Shown: positions 1-10,176, counted from the stretch's first letter. The stretch: DNA of 64,000 bases from Ignavibacteria bacterium (GCA_016720145.1 JADJXV010000024.1:130726-194725); one strand, 5' to 3'. The notes: generated by a model not told the origin, from the letters alone. Translations and numbers: made by a program.

Positions 1-1
1 T

Positions 2-871
2 CTCCAATTTGCCGATTATTCCGGAAGACCTATTGCAGAAATCAAATCATATCCCGAGCGCTTTATGGCTCTTTCGCCTGCACAAGTACAAGGAGTCGCA
101 CAGAAATATCTTCGCAATGACCAAACGTCAACCATCGTAGTCGGTAGTCCTGACGTACTGCCCGTCCTTCAAAAAATGGGCAAAGTCTATGAATATTCGC
201 TCGACCTTGAGCCACAAGTAGCTGGTGAAAAAGTTGATATTTCTGTTCAGGATTTATTCAAAAAACATATTCAAGCTCTTGGTGGTAAAGACAAAATAGA
301 TGCCGTGCAATCACTTGTCATTACTTCCAAAGCAGCTCTCGAAGCAGGACCACAGAAGTTAGAAGGTACTTTTGTCCGCAAGCTCAAATCTCCCAACAAA
401 GAAAAAACTTCCACGGACCTAAAAGTAATGAAACAAGACACATGGGTGAATGGCGACAAAGCATGGTCTGCACGGAGTCCGCAGCCTGCTCAAGAACTTC
501 CCCCAACCGAGGCTGCCAAGAAACGCACAGAAGCAACGATTCTTATCAGTGCGAAATTACTTGATCTAGGGTATAAAGCTGAAGTTACATCTAAAAAAGA
601 CGGACAATATGTAGTGAATATCACTACTCCTTCAAGTGACAAAGAAGTTTATTACTTCGATACTAAAACGTATCTGCTCAGTCAGATTGATAAGACCGTT
701 ACTCAGCCTCAAGGTGCGATGCCGGTTACAGTTAAATTTTCGGATTATATGAATGTTGGCGGTGTGATGTTTCCGAAAAAATCAACTACTGAAAATCCTA
801 ACTTCTCGATATCCCATGAATTTACCTATGAAGTTAATCCTGTGATAGACGACAAAGAATTTACTCCCTAA
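2..871 (+). CDS. C-terminal part of an M16-family zinc peptidase (5' end lies outside the window) with an extra ~200-aa C-terminal domain
   Basis: The open frame runs off the window start. The sequence ...IAEIKSYPERFMALSPAQVQGVAQKYL... resembles the end of the M16 inactive C-domain. The rest is non-repetitive and Lys-rich with ordinary codon usage. Confidence 0.5.
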   Translation, partial: LQFADYSGRPIAEIKSYPERFMALSPAQVQGVAQKYLRNDQTSTIVVGSPDVLPVLQKMGKVYEYSLDLEPQVAGEKVDISVQDLFKKHIQALGGKDKIDAVQSLVITSKAALEAGPQKLEGTFVRKLKSPNKEKTSTDLKVMKQDTWVNGDKAWSARSPQPAQELPPTEAAKKRTEATILISAKLLDLGYKAEVTSKKDGQYVVNITTPSSDKEVYYFDTKTYLLSQIDKTVTQPQGAMPVTVKFSDYMNVGGVMFPKKSTTENPNFSISHEFTYEVNPVIDDKEFTP

Positions 872-979
872 GCTTCTTCTTCAAAAGCGATTTATAGTAA
901 ATCTAAATATATTTCTTTAATTTTGAGGCAGGATAATCCTGCCTCTTTTTGTTACGTTTCCTCATTATTCGATACTTGT

Positions 980-2584
980 ATGCGAACAATTTATACCCTT
1001 TGTTTTGTAATTCTTTGTGTGTTTGGTGTGGTCGCAATCGGAGGTTGGAAGAATTCTTCGTCGATCCCACCGTTGGCTTCCATTTCCGAATCTACAGCTC
1101 GCGAACACCTAGCATACTTAGCATCTAATGAGATGCGAGGACGAAATACACCCAGCCCCGAACTCGAAAAAGCTGCTGATTATATAGCCGAACAATTTAA
1201 AAAATATGGACTTGAGCCGGTACAGGGTTCGTATTTTCATACCTACAATGTCTATAAAACTAATCTCAGCATGATGCCGATTCTCCGGCTTGCGATTGGT
1301 GATTCGATAATTGATATAATAGTCAAAACTGATTTTTCGCCCCATGACAATACCGGTTCGGCGCAGCTCACAGACAAAAAGTTGGTGTTTGTCGGTTATG
1401 GAATTTCAGCGCCTGAGCATGGCTATGATGATTATGCAGGAATGGATGTACAGGGCAAAATAGTAGTGATGATGCGCAGTGCGCCACGAGCGGAAGATAC
1501 CTCCTCGGTATTTTCCTGGCGAAAGGGCGGAATGCGGTATATGTCAACTGAAGCCAAAGCTGCTCGCGCCGCGAAGGCAGGTGCGGTAGGTATGATACTT
1601 TTTGGAGAACCTTCTCGTGGTATGAGATTGCGCGCGTCGAATTGGCCATCGCTAAACCCATTACTTTCCACGAATGACCTCCCCGTGAAGTTGAAATCGC
1701 AGAAAGACTCACCAACTGCACAATTCCCAATTGCTTACTGTGGGGAAAAAGTAGCACGTGTGATATTTGGAGCTTCGGATAATTTGAAATCGACCCAGAA
1801 AACAATCGACTCACTCTTCAAACCTAATTCGTATGATATAGCTACATGTACATTGAACGAGATAAACATATCCACTTCCGAAGAAAAATTCACTGTTCGT
1901 AATGTAGTAGGAATGGTAAAGGGCAGCGAGAAACCCGAGGAATTTGTCGTTGTGGGCGGACATTACGACCATGTTGGCTATAATAACCCGAACAACCCGG
2001 AAAAAGACTCCATCTTTAATGGCGCTGATGATAATGCATCCGGCACGACAGGGATATTACTGATGGCTGAGGGATTCGCCAAATCAAAAGAAAAACCGAA
2101 ACGTTCGATGCTGTTTATAGCTTTCAGCGGCGAGGAAAAAGGGTTGCTTGGTTCGCAAGCATTTACGGAAACACCACCCATTAATCTCGCTAACTGTGTG
2201 GCAATGCTCAACATGGACATGATAGGTCGAATAGTCGGCGACTCACTTTGTATCGGTGGAAATACCAGATGCAGGGAACTGACGGAGATTAATGAACAGG
2301 AAAACAAGCTCCTTGACAAACCGTATGTGCTTCATTATACGATTGAAAATTATTTCTTTAGAAGTGATCAAGCAAATTTCGCGAAGAAGAAAATCCCGGT
2401 GCTTTTTTACTTTACCGGTGAGCATGCAGACTATCACAAAGTAGGTGATGAAATATCCAAAATTGACTTCCCGAATCTCGTCGAAATTACGAAACTTTGC
2501 AGCCGTACTGCGTGGAATGTAGCGAACTTAGAAGGTCGCCTCCCTTATACACCTCAAGCAAATGATGCAACAACTCCTCATTAG
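980..2584 (+). CDS. M28-family aminopeptidase, secreted, with a PA-type insert
   Basis: Signal-like N-terminus MRTIYTLCFVILCVF. M28 motifs are present: GGHYDHVG, NGADDNASG, FSGEEKGLLGS, MLNMDMIGR. The ORF-track start at 923 is probably an upstream over-extension. Confidence 0.85.
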   Translation: MRTIYTLCFVILCVFGVVAIGGWKNSSSIPPLASISESTAREHLAYLASNEMRGRNTPSPELEKAADYIAEQFKKYGLEPVQGSYFHTYNVYKTNLSMMPILRLAIGDSIIDIIVKTDFSPHDNTGSAQLTDKKLVFVGYGISAPEHGYDDYAGMDVQGKIVVMMRSAPRAEDTSSVFSWRKGGMRYMSTEAKAARAAKAGAVGMILFGEPSRGMRLRASNWPSLNPLLSTNDLPVKLKSQKDSPTAQFPIAYCGEKVARVIFGASDNLKSTQKTIDSLFKPNSYDIATCTLNEINISTSEEKFTVRNVVGMVKGSEKPEEFVVVGGHYDHVGYNNPNNPEKDSIFNGADDNASGTTGILLMAEGFAKSKEKPKRSMLFIAFSGEEKGLLGSQAFTETPPINLANCVAMLNMDMIGRIVGDSLCIGGNTRCRELTEINEQENKLLDKPYVLHYTIENYFFRSDQANFAKKKIPVLFYFTGEHADYHKVGDEISKIDFPNLVEITKLCSRTAWNVANLEGRLPYTPQANDATTPH

Positions 2585-2725
2585 TAGGTGTTAAAATATG
2601 GACGCCCGAGCTGCGTAAAACACAAACTTCTTTTTCACCTTGTGAATAAATGATATTTTTGTGATGATGTAGAGATGAGTACTCTCCATTCCCACCGAAT
2701 TTTTATCCAATATTTAAGTAATTCT

Positions 2726-3958
2726 ATGCCCAAGTTCAAATCCTTTTTTCTGTTGTTAGCAATTGCAGTCTCGGTAGTTGCAGGTTGCAATCCCGATGAA
2801 ACCAATACTACACCTGTAAGTATTACCTCCATTAAAAATAATATTAGACCCGATTCTGCTGTAAATCCTCCGGTTATTATTAGCTCAGAAGTGCAAGATA
2901 TCGTCCCTGATTCTACTGACGTATGGTTGTATTATTCGTTCGAGACAGATGCAGTCGTACCGGCAGCACTAGCAGGAACCGATGAGTGGGATATAAAATT
3001 TAGATATGTACCATTTGATAAGACCGGAGCTTCTTTTCAGAAAATATTTACAACAGAAGGCGCGATTTTTCTTAATTCTCCTGACGTCGGAAATGCCGCA
3101 GGTAAGACTACCGGATACATAGCCGATACATCATTTACTCTCCTCAGTACCGGTGACGATACGAAATTCCGCTCGGACGATACGGCAAAAGGCAAACAAA
3201 TCATCAGTTTTACTCCATTTTATATCTATGATGGTGCCGCTCATACAGCAAGTCCCAATCCAAGCAAGACACTCGTAATTCGAACAAGCAAAGGTAAGTA
3301 TGTCAAATTGCAATTACAGAGTATTTACAAAAATCATCCTGCTGTTCCGAAAATCACCGATGAAGTCGGCTATTATACATTCAAATATGTAAAAAGCACA
3401 GTTAAATCATTTATCAATGACGGTTCACCTGATGGATGGCTCTATTATTCTTTTGATACCGAATCTGTTATTTCTTCTAGTCAATCCCATACTAGCGCTT
3501 GGGACATCAAATTTCGATTTATTGCCAATGATATTACCGCTGCCGGCAAGCTGGCATTTTCGGATATATTTGTCAAATCAGGTGCAATTTTCCTCAATTC
3601 TCCATTAGTTGGAAATTCATCCGGTAAAACCAAAGGGTATATTGCAGACCAAGCATTTGAACAAGTGACCCTCGCCGGTGATGATTCTAAATTTCGCTCT
3701 GATGACATCAATATTGATACAAGAATAATCCCTGTAACGCCTTCAGGAACAAACGCTTACATTAATTATAATTCAAGCGTGCCATCAGTCATTCCGAATC
3801 CGGATAAAACATTAATTATTCGAACTGCGAACGGAAAGTATGTTAAAATGAAGTTAGTAAGCTTGTATAAAGACAAACCAACCATCATCACATCTGCGGA
3901 TCTTGTCGGTTATTATTCCTTCCAATATCTCAAAAGCGACACAAAAACATTACATTAA
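2726..3958 (+). CDS. Lipoprotein made of two tandem HmuY-like domains
   Basis: Lipobox LLLAIAVSVVAGC. Two ~200-aa internal repeats are present. Each carries WLYYSF...WDIKFR..., NSP.VGN..GKT.GYIAD, DDxKFRSDD and GKYVK.(Q/K)L.S.YK motifs typical of the HmuY family. Confidence 0.55.
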   Translation: MPKFKSFFLLLAIAVSVVAGCNPDETNTTPVSITSIKNNIRPDSAVNPPVIISSEVQDIVPDSTDVWLYYSFETDAVVPAALAGTDEWDIKFRYVPFDKTGASFQKIFTTEGAIFLNSPDVGNAAGKTTGYIADTSFTLLSTGDDTKFRSDDTAKGKQIISFTPFYIYDGAAHTASPNPSKTLVIRTSKGKYVKLQLQSIYKNHPAVPKITDEVGYYTFKYVKSTVKSFINDGSPDGWLYYSFDTESVISSSQSHTSAWDIKFRFIANDITAAGKLAFSDIFVKSGAIFLNSPLVGNSSGKTKGYIADQAFEQVTLAGDDSKFRSDDINIDTRIIPVTPSGTNAYINYNSSVPSVIPNPDKTLIIRTANGKYVKMKLVSLYKDKPTIITSADLVGYYSFQYLKSDTKTLH

Positions 3959-3982
3959 GATGTTAATTTTAGGAGAAAAGAC

Positions 3983-4969
3983 ATGTACGGTAACATAAGT
4001 ATCATCGACAAATCATCAAAAGACCCTCTTGCCGGCGAAGACCCAAATATGCTCGAAGAATTCGAAGCAAAAATAGCTCGTGGTGAGAAAATCGAAGCCA
4101 ATGACTGGATGCCGAAAGAATATCGCAGACAGTTGATTCGAATGATCGAACAGCATGCCCACTCTGAAATTATTGGCGCCCTGCCTGAAGGTACTTGGAT
4201 CACCCGCGCACCGGGCTTCAGACGTAAAATGGCACTTATGGCAAAAGTGCAAGACGAAAGCGGTCACTGTCAGCTCCTTTACAATGCAGCCGAAACGCTC
4301 GGAAAGACGCGCGAAGACATGATCAATGATCTTATTTCCGGTAAGTCGAAATACTCGAATGTGTTTAATTATCCAGCGCCGACCTGGGCGGATACAGCGG
4401 TCATCGCCTGGCTCATCGACGCCTCGGCGATTATTAATCAAGTGACTAATTCTAAAGGAAGTTATGCGCCATACTGCAGAGCACTCGAACGTATCTGCAT
4501 GGAGGAATCATTCCACCTGCGGTATGGGTACGATAATGTGGTAACTCTCGCAACCGGAACGAAATACCAACGTGAACAAGTACAAGACGCGCTTAACCGT
4601 TGGTGGAGACCAATCATGCACTTTTTCGGTCCGCCTGATGTGGCATCCGTCCATGGTGAAATCCTTATGCGATGGAAAGTAAAAATGGCAAGTAATGATG
4701 ATATGCGTCAGCAGTTTTTTAATCAATATGTGCCCAAAATTCTGGAATTAGGACTCACTATTCCCGATGAAAATCTGAAAAAGGACCCCGAAACGAAAAA
4801 GTGGACGTATTCCGACCCTGATTGGGATGAATTTTTCCGTGTGATCAAAGGGGACGGTCCGTGCAACAAAGAGCGCATCGCCGTGCGCCGCCGAGCTGAA
4901 GAAGAAGGCCGCTGGGTACGCGCTGCACTTGTAAAGCCAACAATGAGTTACGCAGTGCCATTGTCATAA
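3983..4969 (+). CDS. paaA: 1,2-phenylacetyl-CoA epoxidase subunit A-like di-iron protein
   Basis: Strong resemblance to PaaA: [62 protein letters not shown]. An AGGAG ribosome-binding site sits 8 nt upstream. Confidence 0.85.
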   Translation: MYGNISIIDKSSKDPLAGEDPNMLEEFEAKIARGEKIEANDWMPKEYRRQLIRMIEQHAHSEIIGALPEGTWITRAPGFRRKMALMAKVQDESGHCQLLYNAAETLGKTREDMINDLISGKSKYSNVFNYPAPTWADTAVIAWLIDASAIINQVTNSKGSYAPYCRALERICMEESFHLRYGYDNVVTLATGTKYQREQVQDALNRWWRPIMHFFGPPDVASVHGEILMRWKVKMASNDDMRQQFFNQYVPKILELGLTIPDENLKKDPETKKWTYSDPDWDEFFRVIKGDGPCNKERIAVRRRAEEEGRWVRAALVKPTMSYAVPLS

Positions 4970-5111
4970 TCTATTGATAATTAAGCAGTAAGAATAGTAG
5001 TCGAAAAGTATTCAAATATGACTTTTGTCATACAGTGAATTCAGAAAACGTCGTATTTTGCAGGGGTGAATCAACCATTCATCCCTGTTTTTTATTATTA
5101 GAAAGAATCAA

Positions 5112-5498
5112 ATGCAAGTATTTACTTCACTCGACCCACGGGTCAACAGAGCAGAGTTACCTGAAAATCCGGAAACAGAATTTACTCCAAAGCAAGCGCT
5201 CGATCAGACGCAAACGTATGAAGTGTTCCATCAGGTGAAGACAGGCGCACATCATACACATGTAGGGTCGGTGCATGCGCCGACTGCTGAACTCGCACTT
5301 GCTTTTGCAAAAGAACAGTATGGTCGGCGCGGTCAATGCGTAAGTCTTTGGGTGGTGAATTCTTCCGCTATCGCCGCTCTCGATGTGCGCGACTCCGATA
5401 TCTTCGATTCAGCGACTGATAAGCCGTATCGTGAAGTGACGGCGTATGCTAATACCCGCGAAAAAATCGAGGCATTTAAAAATAAACAAGAAGCGTAA
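5112..5498 (+). CDS. paaB: 1,2-phenylacetyl-CoA epoxidase subunit B-like protein
   Basis: PaaB core: HTHVGSVHAPTAELALAFAKEQYGRRGQCVSLWVV. It carries a ~30-aa N-terminal extension relative to the E. coli protein. Confidence 0.75.
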   Translation: MQVFTSLDPRVNRAELPENPETEFTPKQALDQTQTYEVFHQVKTGAHHTHVGSVHAPTAELALAFAKEQYGRRGQCVSLWVVNSSAIAALDVRDSDIFDSATDKPYREVTAYANTREKIEAFKNKQEA

Positions 5499-5534
5499 CA
5501 GACTGTATTTGAATAGGATAGTCTGTTGTAACTG

Positions 5535-5579
5535 AAAAGCCCTTCTACGGAATAATCCCGTAGAAGGGCTTTTTTTTTG
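5535..5579 (+). terminator. Rho-independent terminator after paaB
   Basis: Perfect hairpin AAAGCCCTTCTACGG / CCGTAGAAGGGCTTT followed by T9. Confidence 0.8.
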
Positions 5580-5644
5580 ACAATTTCTTTCGTGTTATTT
5601 ACTCTTGACTTTGTAAGTGCGAATTGCATTCACTCAAGTCGTGC

Positions 5645-6049
5645 TCATTCAGCAATATCGACAATATACCACGAATCAGCGATTTTTTGAGTAGTAAAAG
5701 TCATTTTTTTCTGATAGTTAAATTCTAGCTTTACGTGTTGCAATGTAGTCGAGATAGTATCAGTGCGGGTGAGCGTTATTGGTTTCTTTGCGATGAGACG
5801 TCCGAGGCGATTCATTTCGTCGTAGAGTTCATATTTTTCAATGGCTAAGAGTTGATTGCCATTTGGTCTTGCCAGTACTTCTGTAGCGGCCGGAGTGTTG
5901 TTGCTGTCGAGCTCAGACTTAAATAAATACACAGCACCGACGGAAGTGCGTTGGTTGATTTCTTGCACCGGAGGACGTTTACTTCCTACTGTGAATATTT
6001 CACAACCGGTAAGTGCGAGGATAAGCAAGATGAATATTGTGTGTTTCAT
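5645..6049 (-). CDS. Small lipoprotein, hypothetical
   Basis: Start MKHTIFILLILALTGC has a lipobox. The ORF-track start at 6256 reads through the upstream tandem repeat as RLTD repeats, which is almost certainly an artefact. Confidence 0.6.
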   Translation of the reverse strand: MKHTIFILLILALTGCEIFTVGSKRPPVQEINQRTSVGAVYLFKSELDSNNTPAATEVLARPNGNQLLAIEKYELYDEMNRLGRLIAKKPITLTRTDTISTTLQHVKLEFNYQKKMTFTTQKIADSWYIVDIAE

Positions 6050-6050
6050 A

Positions 6051-6175
6051 AGTCTGTAAGTCGTAAGTCTGCAAGTCGTAAGTCTGTAAGTCTGTAAGTC
6101 TGTAAGTCGTAAGTCTGTAAGTCGAAAGTCTGTAAGTCGAAAGTTTGTAAGTCTGTAAGTAGAAAGTAGTAAGTT
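6051..6175. repeat. Tandem repeat of a 7/8-bp unit (GTAAGTCT / GTAAGTC), about 17 units
   Basis: Read directly: gtaagtct gtaagtc gtaagtct gcaagtc ... gaaagta gtaagtt. It sits between the stop of the hydrolase gene and the start of the lipoprotein gene. Confidence 0.9.
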
Positions 6176-7010
6176 ATAAACCAATAAAACGGCTTGTGTG
6201 CTCGATTGCTGATTGTAGGGCTGTAGTTGGTAGTTCAAAAGGATGCACTGCACCAAACGTATGCCCTGTATTTGCTATGAGTTGTACCGAAATAGCTTTG
6301 TTGATTTCGGCTAATTTTTTTGCTTCACGAACAGGTACAGTCATATCTTGTTCACCATGAATGATAAGAAGCTTTGCGCCCAAAGACTTCGCTGCCGAAT
6401 CTAGTAAGAATTCTTTCGAGTGTAATTCTATATCATTAAGGAACTCAACATTCATGCCAAGGGTTTGATGTGTGCGTGAATTTTCTACTTCAAAGGTGCC
6501 TGTTTCACGCCAAAGCCTTTTTTGACGTTCAGAAAAGCGTTCAAAAGTACCGATCGAATTCCAAACTACTACTTTTGAAACTGTATTTGATTCTAATACT
6601 CCGGTTAACAAAGCAATTCCACCACCTCTCGAATGACCTAGTAAATAGATTTCACCATTCCATTGTGGAAATTCAGCAGAAAAACTGTCAATAATTTTTC
6701 TCAGTGTCAATCGCGCTTCTTCAATTTCAAGAGATATCGTATTTCGTGCAAAATCATCTGGATAGTTCACTTTGTCAGAATCCTGTGCATAGCCGTTGAG
6801 GGAAAAATTCATGCAAACACAGATTGAACCTCTTCGTGCAAATTCAGAACAAACAAACGGAAAAAATCCCCAATCTTTAAAACCCTTAAATCCATGGAAT
6901 ACAAGTACTACCGGCTGTGGAACACTCGAATCTGTGTAGCGAATATCGGCTGTAATTGGTTTACCGCTTACACTTTCAATGCTTAAGGTTCGAAGCAGAA
7001 TAGTATTCAT
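6174..7010 (-). CDS. Alpha/beta-fold hydrolase (esterase / dienelactone-hydrolase-like)
   Basis: GHSRGGG nucleophile elbow (GxSxG). A His-containing motif lies near the C-terminus. Length fits the fold. Confidence 0.65.
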   Translation of the reverse strand: MNTILLRTLSIESVSGKPITADIRYTDSSVPQPVVLVFHGFKGFKDWGFFPFVCSEFARRGSICVCMNFSLNGYAQDSDKVNYPDDFARNTISLEIEEARLTLRKIIDSFSAEFPQWNGEIYLLGHSRGGGIALLTGVLESNTVSKVVVWNSIGTFERFSERQKRLWRETGTFEVENSRTHQTLGMNVEFLNDIELHSKEFLLDSAAKSLGAKLLIIHGEQDMTVPVREAKKLAEINKAISVQLIANTGHTFGAVHPFELPTTALQSAIEHTSRFIGL

Positions 7011-7033
7011 ACGTGTTAGATAGTACGCGACAA

Positions 7034-7363
7034 TTAATTGAGAAGCGAGTCAGGCACTTCTATTTCCATTTGAAGCATAGCAGTTGCAATAGTTTTCCCT
7101 TGTGCGTCGAGTTTCAAAGAGACTGTTCCGCCTCCGCCGAGAGTATTATGAAGGAGGAAATTTACCGCCCATAAATTTGGCATTTCGTAGCGTTCGACTT
7201 CTCCAAGGCATATACCTTCAAAGTGTTTTTTGACACGTTCGGTCGTTAGGATATCTCTGATAACAGGATACCACTCTTCACGATAGGCAATTACGCCACA
7301 GTTTGCAGCATCGCCTTTGTCTCCACTGCGAGCATGAGCGAGTTTTGATAGGAGGATTTTCAT
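7034..7363 (-). CDS. Conserved hypothetical protein
   Basis: ORF with a plausible start at MKILLSKLAHARSGDKGD and a Gly-rich C-terminus. No confident family assignment. Confidence 0.45.
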   Translation of the reverse strand: MKILLSKLAHARSGDKGDAANCGVIAYREEWYPVIRDILTTERVKKHFEGICLGEVERYEMPNLWAVNFLLHNTLGGGGTVSLKLDAQGKTIATAMLQMEIEVPDSLLN

Positions 7364-7730
7364 AGAATTGTAGGATTTGTAGGTTGGATGAATAATTACG
7401 AGGCACAACTATTGACGAGCAAAAAATCTATGCCTGATAAACTAGTGCAAAAATACAGTGTTTTGGCGCGTTTCGGTACTACATTTCGTACTTCGTAATA
7501 ACTTTTGGGGAAAAGCAAGCTGTAGTAATAAAACAACATGAAAATTCCATAATGATAATATCCACATATATTTGCTTGGTAAAATTATTTTTTATTCGTA
7601 ATTTTTCAATAAACTAAATACAAAGTCGAATTGATTACCATACTCATTTATCTCGTTCAACTTCACTCACTTGCATCTGACTGAATATCTCACTCCATTT
7701 TTATTAATTTTTCATAGAAAGGGTTCAAGT

Positions 7731-8240
7731 ATGAATTACACACATCGCATCAAACACTATGTTTCTGCATTAGGAATCGTCACCTCACTTTTGTTTGCAT
7801 CCTGCGGAGATTGTCGTTGGATTGAAGATTGCCGTTGCAAAGATGGTGGATACTGGGATTGTCCTCCGGCACCTGTCGAGCCTATGGTATGGTCGCCTAT
7901 AATTGGTATTTCAATAGAAGGCGAGAGGTTTTATAATCGCAATACAATGCAAACGAAATTCACCAGTAAAATTAAAAACTCAGGCAGTGGAGTTGCAAAG
8001 AATGTAAGCTATAGTATGAAAGTACTTGGTTATGATTTTAAAGGAAATATGCTGCAAAAAACGATGCTCAATGATACTAAAAACATTGGTATCCTGCAGC
8101 CATCGGGTTCATATTCTCTTACAAATAGCGTCTCTGATATAGCAGTGTCCGGTGGCGGTATTTATTCTGTTAGCTTAGTTGTGACTTATACCGACGAAGC
8201 AGGTAAGACTTCCACGACAAGTGAATATATAAGTTATTAG
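7731..8240 (+). CDS. Hypothetical lipoprotein
   Basis: MNYTHRIKHYVSALGIVTSLLFASCGDC has a lipobox. Cys-rich N-terminus. Confidence 0.5.
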   Translation: MNYTHRIKHYVSALGIVTSLLFASCGDCRWIEDCRCKDGGYWDCPPAPVEPMVWSPIIGISIEGERFYNRNTMQTKFTSKIKNSGSGVAKNVSYSMKVLGYDFKGNMLQKTMLNDTKNIGILQPSGSYSLTNSVSDIAVSGGGIYSVSLVVTYTDEAGKTSTTSEYISY

Positions 8241-8304
8241 ATATAAGAGAGTTGCTTCTGCTCGTAGATACTGGTGAGAGATGATTGGAATAGGGGAGAA
8301 CTTC

Positions 8305-8520
8305 TCATTTTTCCTTCTTTTTTCTTTCTATTTTCGGTGTAAATTCCGAACGACACTCCTGCACTTCATCGCGTATTTTCTGTGCATAATCGCGTAATTC
8401 CTGCATGTGTTTTCTCAGTCGAACACCAGCTTCACGATTTTCTTTTTGGTAAAATTTCGTGAAATCCTGCTCAAATGACTGAACAAGAACGATTAATTCA
8501 GCATACCGGTCGGCGTTCAT
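8305..8520 (-). CDS. Histone H1-like lysine-rich DNA-binding protein
   Basis: 71 aa, helical, with a KKKEK tail. It resembles Bacteroidota histone-H1-like proteins. Its start overlaps the cutA stop by 4 bp. Confidence 0.5.
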   Translation of the reverse strand: MNADRYAELIVLVQSFEQDFTKFYQKENREAGVRLRKHMQELRDYAQKIRDEVQECRSEFTPKIERKKKEK

Positions 8521-8867
8521 ATTTCTGCTCTCTCACGGTCAAATTTCACGGAGTCTGCCATCCACTGTAAGTACGATGGAGTAGCGCTTTCAAGAGGAAT
8601 AGCAATGATTTCGGGAGCGTCGTAGGGGTGTAATTCGAGGATGCGGGGTTCTAAGAATTCAAGCTGATCAGCAGATGTCTTAATAAACATCATCACCTCA
8701 AGTGACTCACGAATCGCGCCACGCCAACCGTAAATAGAATAAGTGCTTAATACAATATTACAACAAGCAGCAAGGCGCTCGGATACTAAAATTCGGGCGA
8801 TGTTTTGTGCATTGTCGTAAGAGTTAGTCGTGACTAATACAAGGCGGAAATTCGATGCATTTTCCAT
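8517..8867 (-). CDS. cutA: Divalent-cation tolerance protein CutA
   Basis: Matches CutA1 along its length: NIARILVSERLAACCNI..., YGWRGAI, HPYDAPEI. Confidence 0.75.
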   Translation of the reverse strand: MENASNFRLVLVTTNSYDNAQNIARILVSERLAACCNIVLSTYSIYGWRGAIRESLEVMMFIKTSADQLEFLEPRILELHPYDAPEIIAIPLESATPSYLQWMADSVKFDRERAEI

Positions 8868-8923
8868 AGATTTGCGGTTGAAAACAGTATTTGTTGATGT
8901 AAACTTTATCGAAATTACGAAAA

Positions 8924-9214
8924 ATGATTATCAATGCCATCTTTCTTCTCCATATCCTTGCTGCACTCTATGCTTTTACCAAACGCTGGCAGGATGCCAA
9001 TGTCCGTGAAGGTTTCCTCGGAATTATCATTCTCGGTCTCGCCTTTACCATCCTTTGGGCGATTACCGGACAAGCCGCGCGGCTGATTTCACCCGAAGGC
9101 GGGTATGCTTCGTGGTTCGACCGGGATACCATCTCCCTCCTCCTCGTCGGTATTTTAGACGGTGTTTTCTTCTATTTTTTCTTTCTTAAAGACAAGGAAA
9201 AGAGAGTCGGATGA
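8924..9214 (+). CDS. Small membrane protein, hypothetical
   Basis: Three predicted TM helices in 96 aa. Confidence 0.4.
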   Translation: MIINAIFLLHILAALYAFTKRWQDANVREGFLGIIILGLAFTILWAITGQAARLISPEGGYASWFDRDTISLLLVGILDGVFFYFFFLKDKEKRVG

Positions 9215-9396
9215 TACTATATGTGACATAAGTATTTCGTGTTGTAGAGGCGAATTGTATTCTCCCGGTCGAGCAAGGAATCGGGTGCATCCAATTCGCT
9301 TGACAGACATATCTCAATTCCTAATTGCAAGTTGTAACCTGTAATATTTCCAAAGTAATACACTATACTTTCATAATTTACTCGCGGAGAACCCCC

Positions 9397-10176
9397 ATGA
9401 AATTCTTTTCAAAATTCCATTCCATCATTTTGTTCATCACGATGTCACTGATACTGATAACACTCGGCTGTGGAAGCGACCCGGTGCAGCCGACTCTCAG
9501 CGAGGCCGAACAAAAACTCACTTCGAGTGCTTGGCAAGGAGTTTGGCAATCCGGACCTGTGATTTTCCCTATCCATTTACTGAATGAGGAGATAAGTTTC
9601 AAAGCTGACAAATCTGCTCTCATGAAAATTTGTGATTCAGTGGGAACGGTTTCCTGGAAGATAACCGATAGTGCGGGAAGATCGTTTCTGACAATTGCAA
9701 ATACACTCTTCGCAATTGAAAAATTAACTGCTGATTCACTTTTACTTCGTGATATAGGATCCGGGTTTCCATATCTAATGATGCGTAACTTCAAAGGATA
9801 CAATAGAGTAAGGTTCAAGCGTGCATTTGATAATGGCATACATGGTGGCGAAGTAGGTCTCTCGTGTACACCACTAGACAATCCTGAAATACCGGAAATG
9901 GAATTCCGAGATGTATCTGTTTTTCCTAATCCATGCATTAATTCATGTACTATTCAAGTAGGATTAGGTATCCCCGGGACTTCAGTAAAAATTACACTCG
10001 ACGATGGCATAAGTACCATACCGATATTCGAAAATATTCTTCATACCGGACAATCAAGCGTCACTGCCAATTTAATAAAACAACCGACAGGAATGTACCG
10101 CCTCTCCTACACAGTCAAGACGCCGGATGCTCCGGCAGCAAGAACAGTACACTCGTATCTCTTTATTATTAAATGA
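9397..10176 (+). CDS. Secreted lipoprotein with a probable T9SS C-terminal sorting domain
   Basis: MKFFSKFHSIILFITMSLILITLGCGS. The C-terminus ...VSVFPNPCINSCTIQV...MYRLSYTV... is T9SS-CTD-like. Confidence 0.5.
   Translation: MKFFSKFHSIILFITMSLILITLGCGSDPVQPTLSEAEQKLTSSAWQGVWQSGPVIFPIHLLNEEISFKADKSALMKICDSVGTVSWKITDSAGRSFLTIANTLFAIEKLTADSLLLRDIGSGFPYLMMRNFKGYNRVRFKRAFDNGIHGGEVGLSCTPLDNPEIPEMEFRDVSVFPNPCINSCTIQVGLGIPGTSVKITLDDGISTIPIFENILHTGQSSVTANLIKQPTGMYRLSYTVKTPDAPAARTVHSYLFIIK

Noticed and set aside
5645-6256. 203-aa version of the lipoprotein ORF with an N-terminal RLTDFRLTDL repeat
   Set aside because: The N-terminal extension translates the GTAAGTCT microsatellite. The signal peptide and lipobox begin at the internal Met at 6049.
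7034-7408. Assignment of the small ORF to the AtuA-associated DUF4387 family
   Set aside because: The resemblance (LAHARSGDKGD motif) is from memory only and could not be verified. It is left as a conserved hypothetical.
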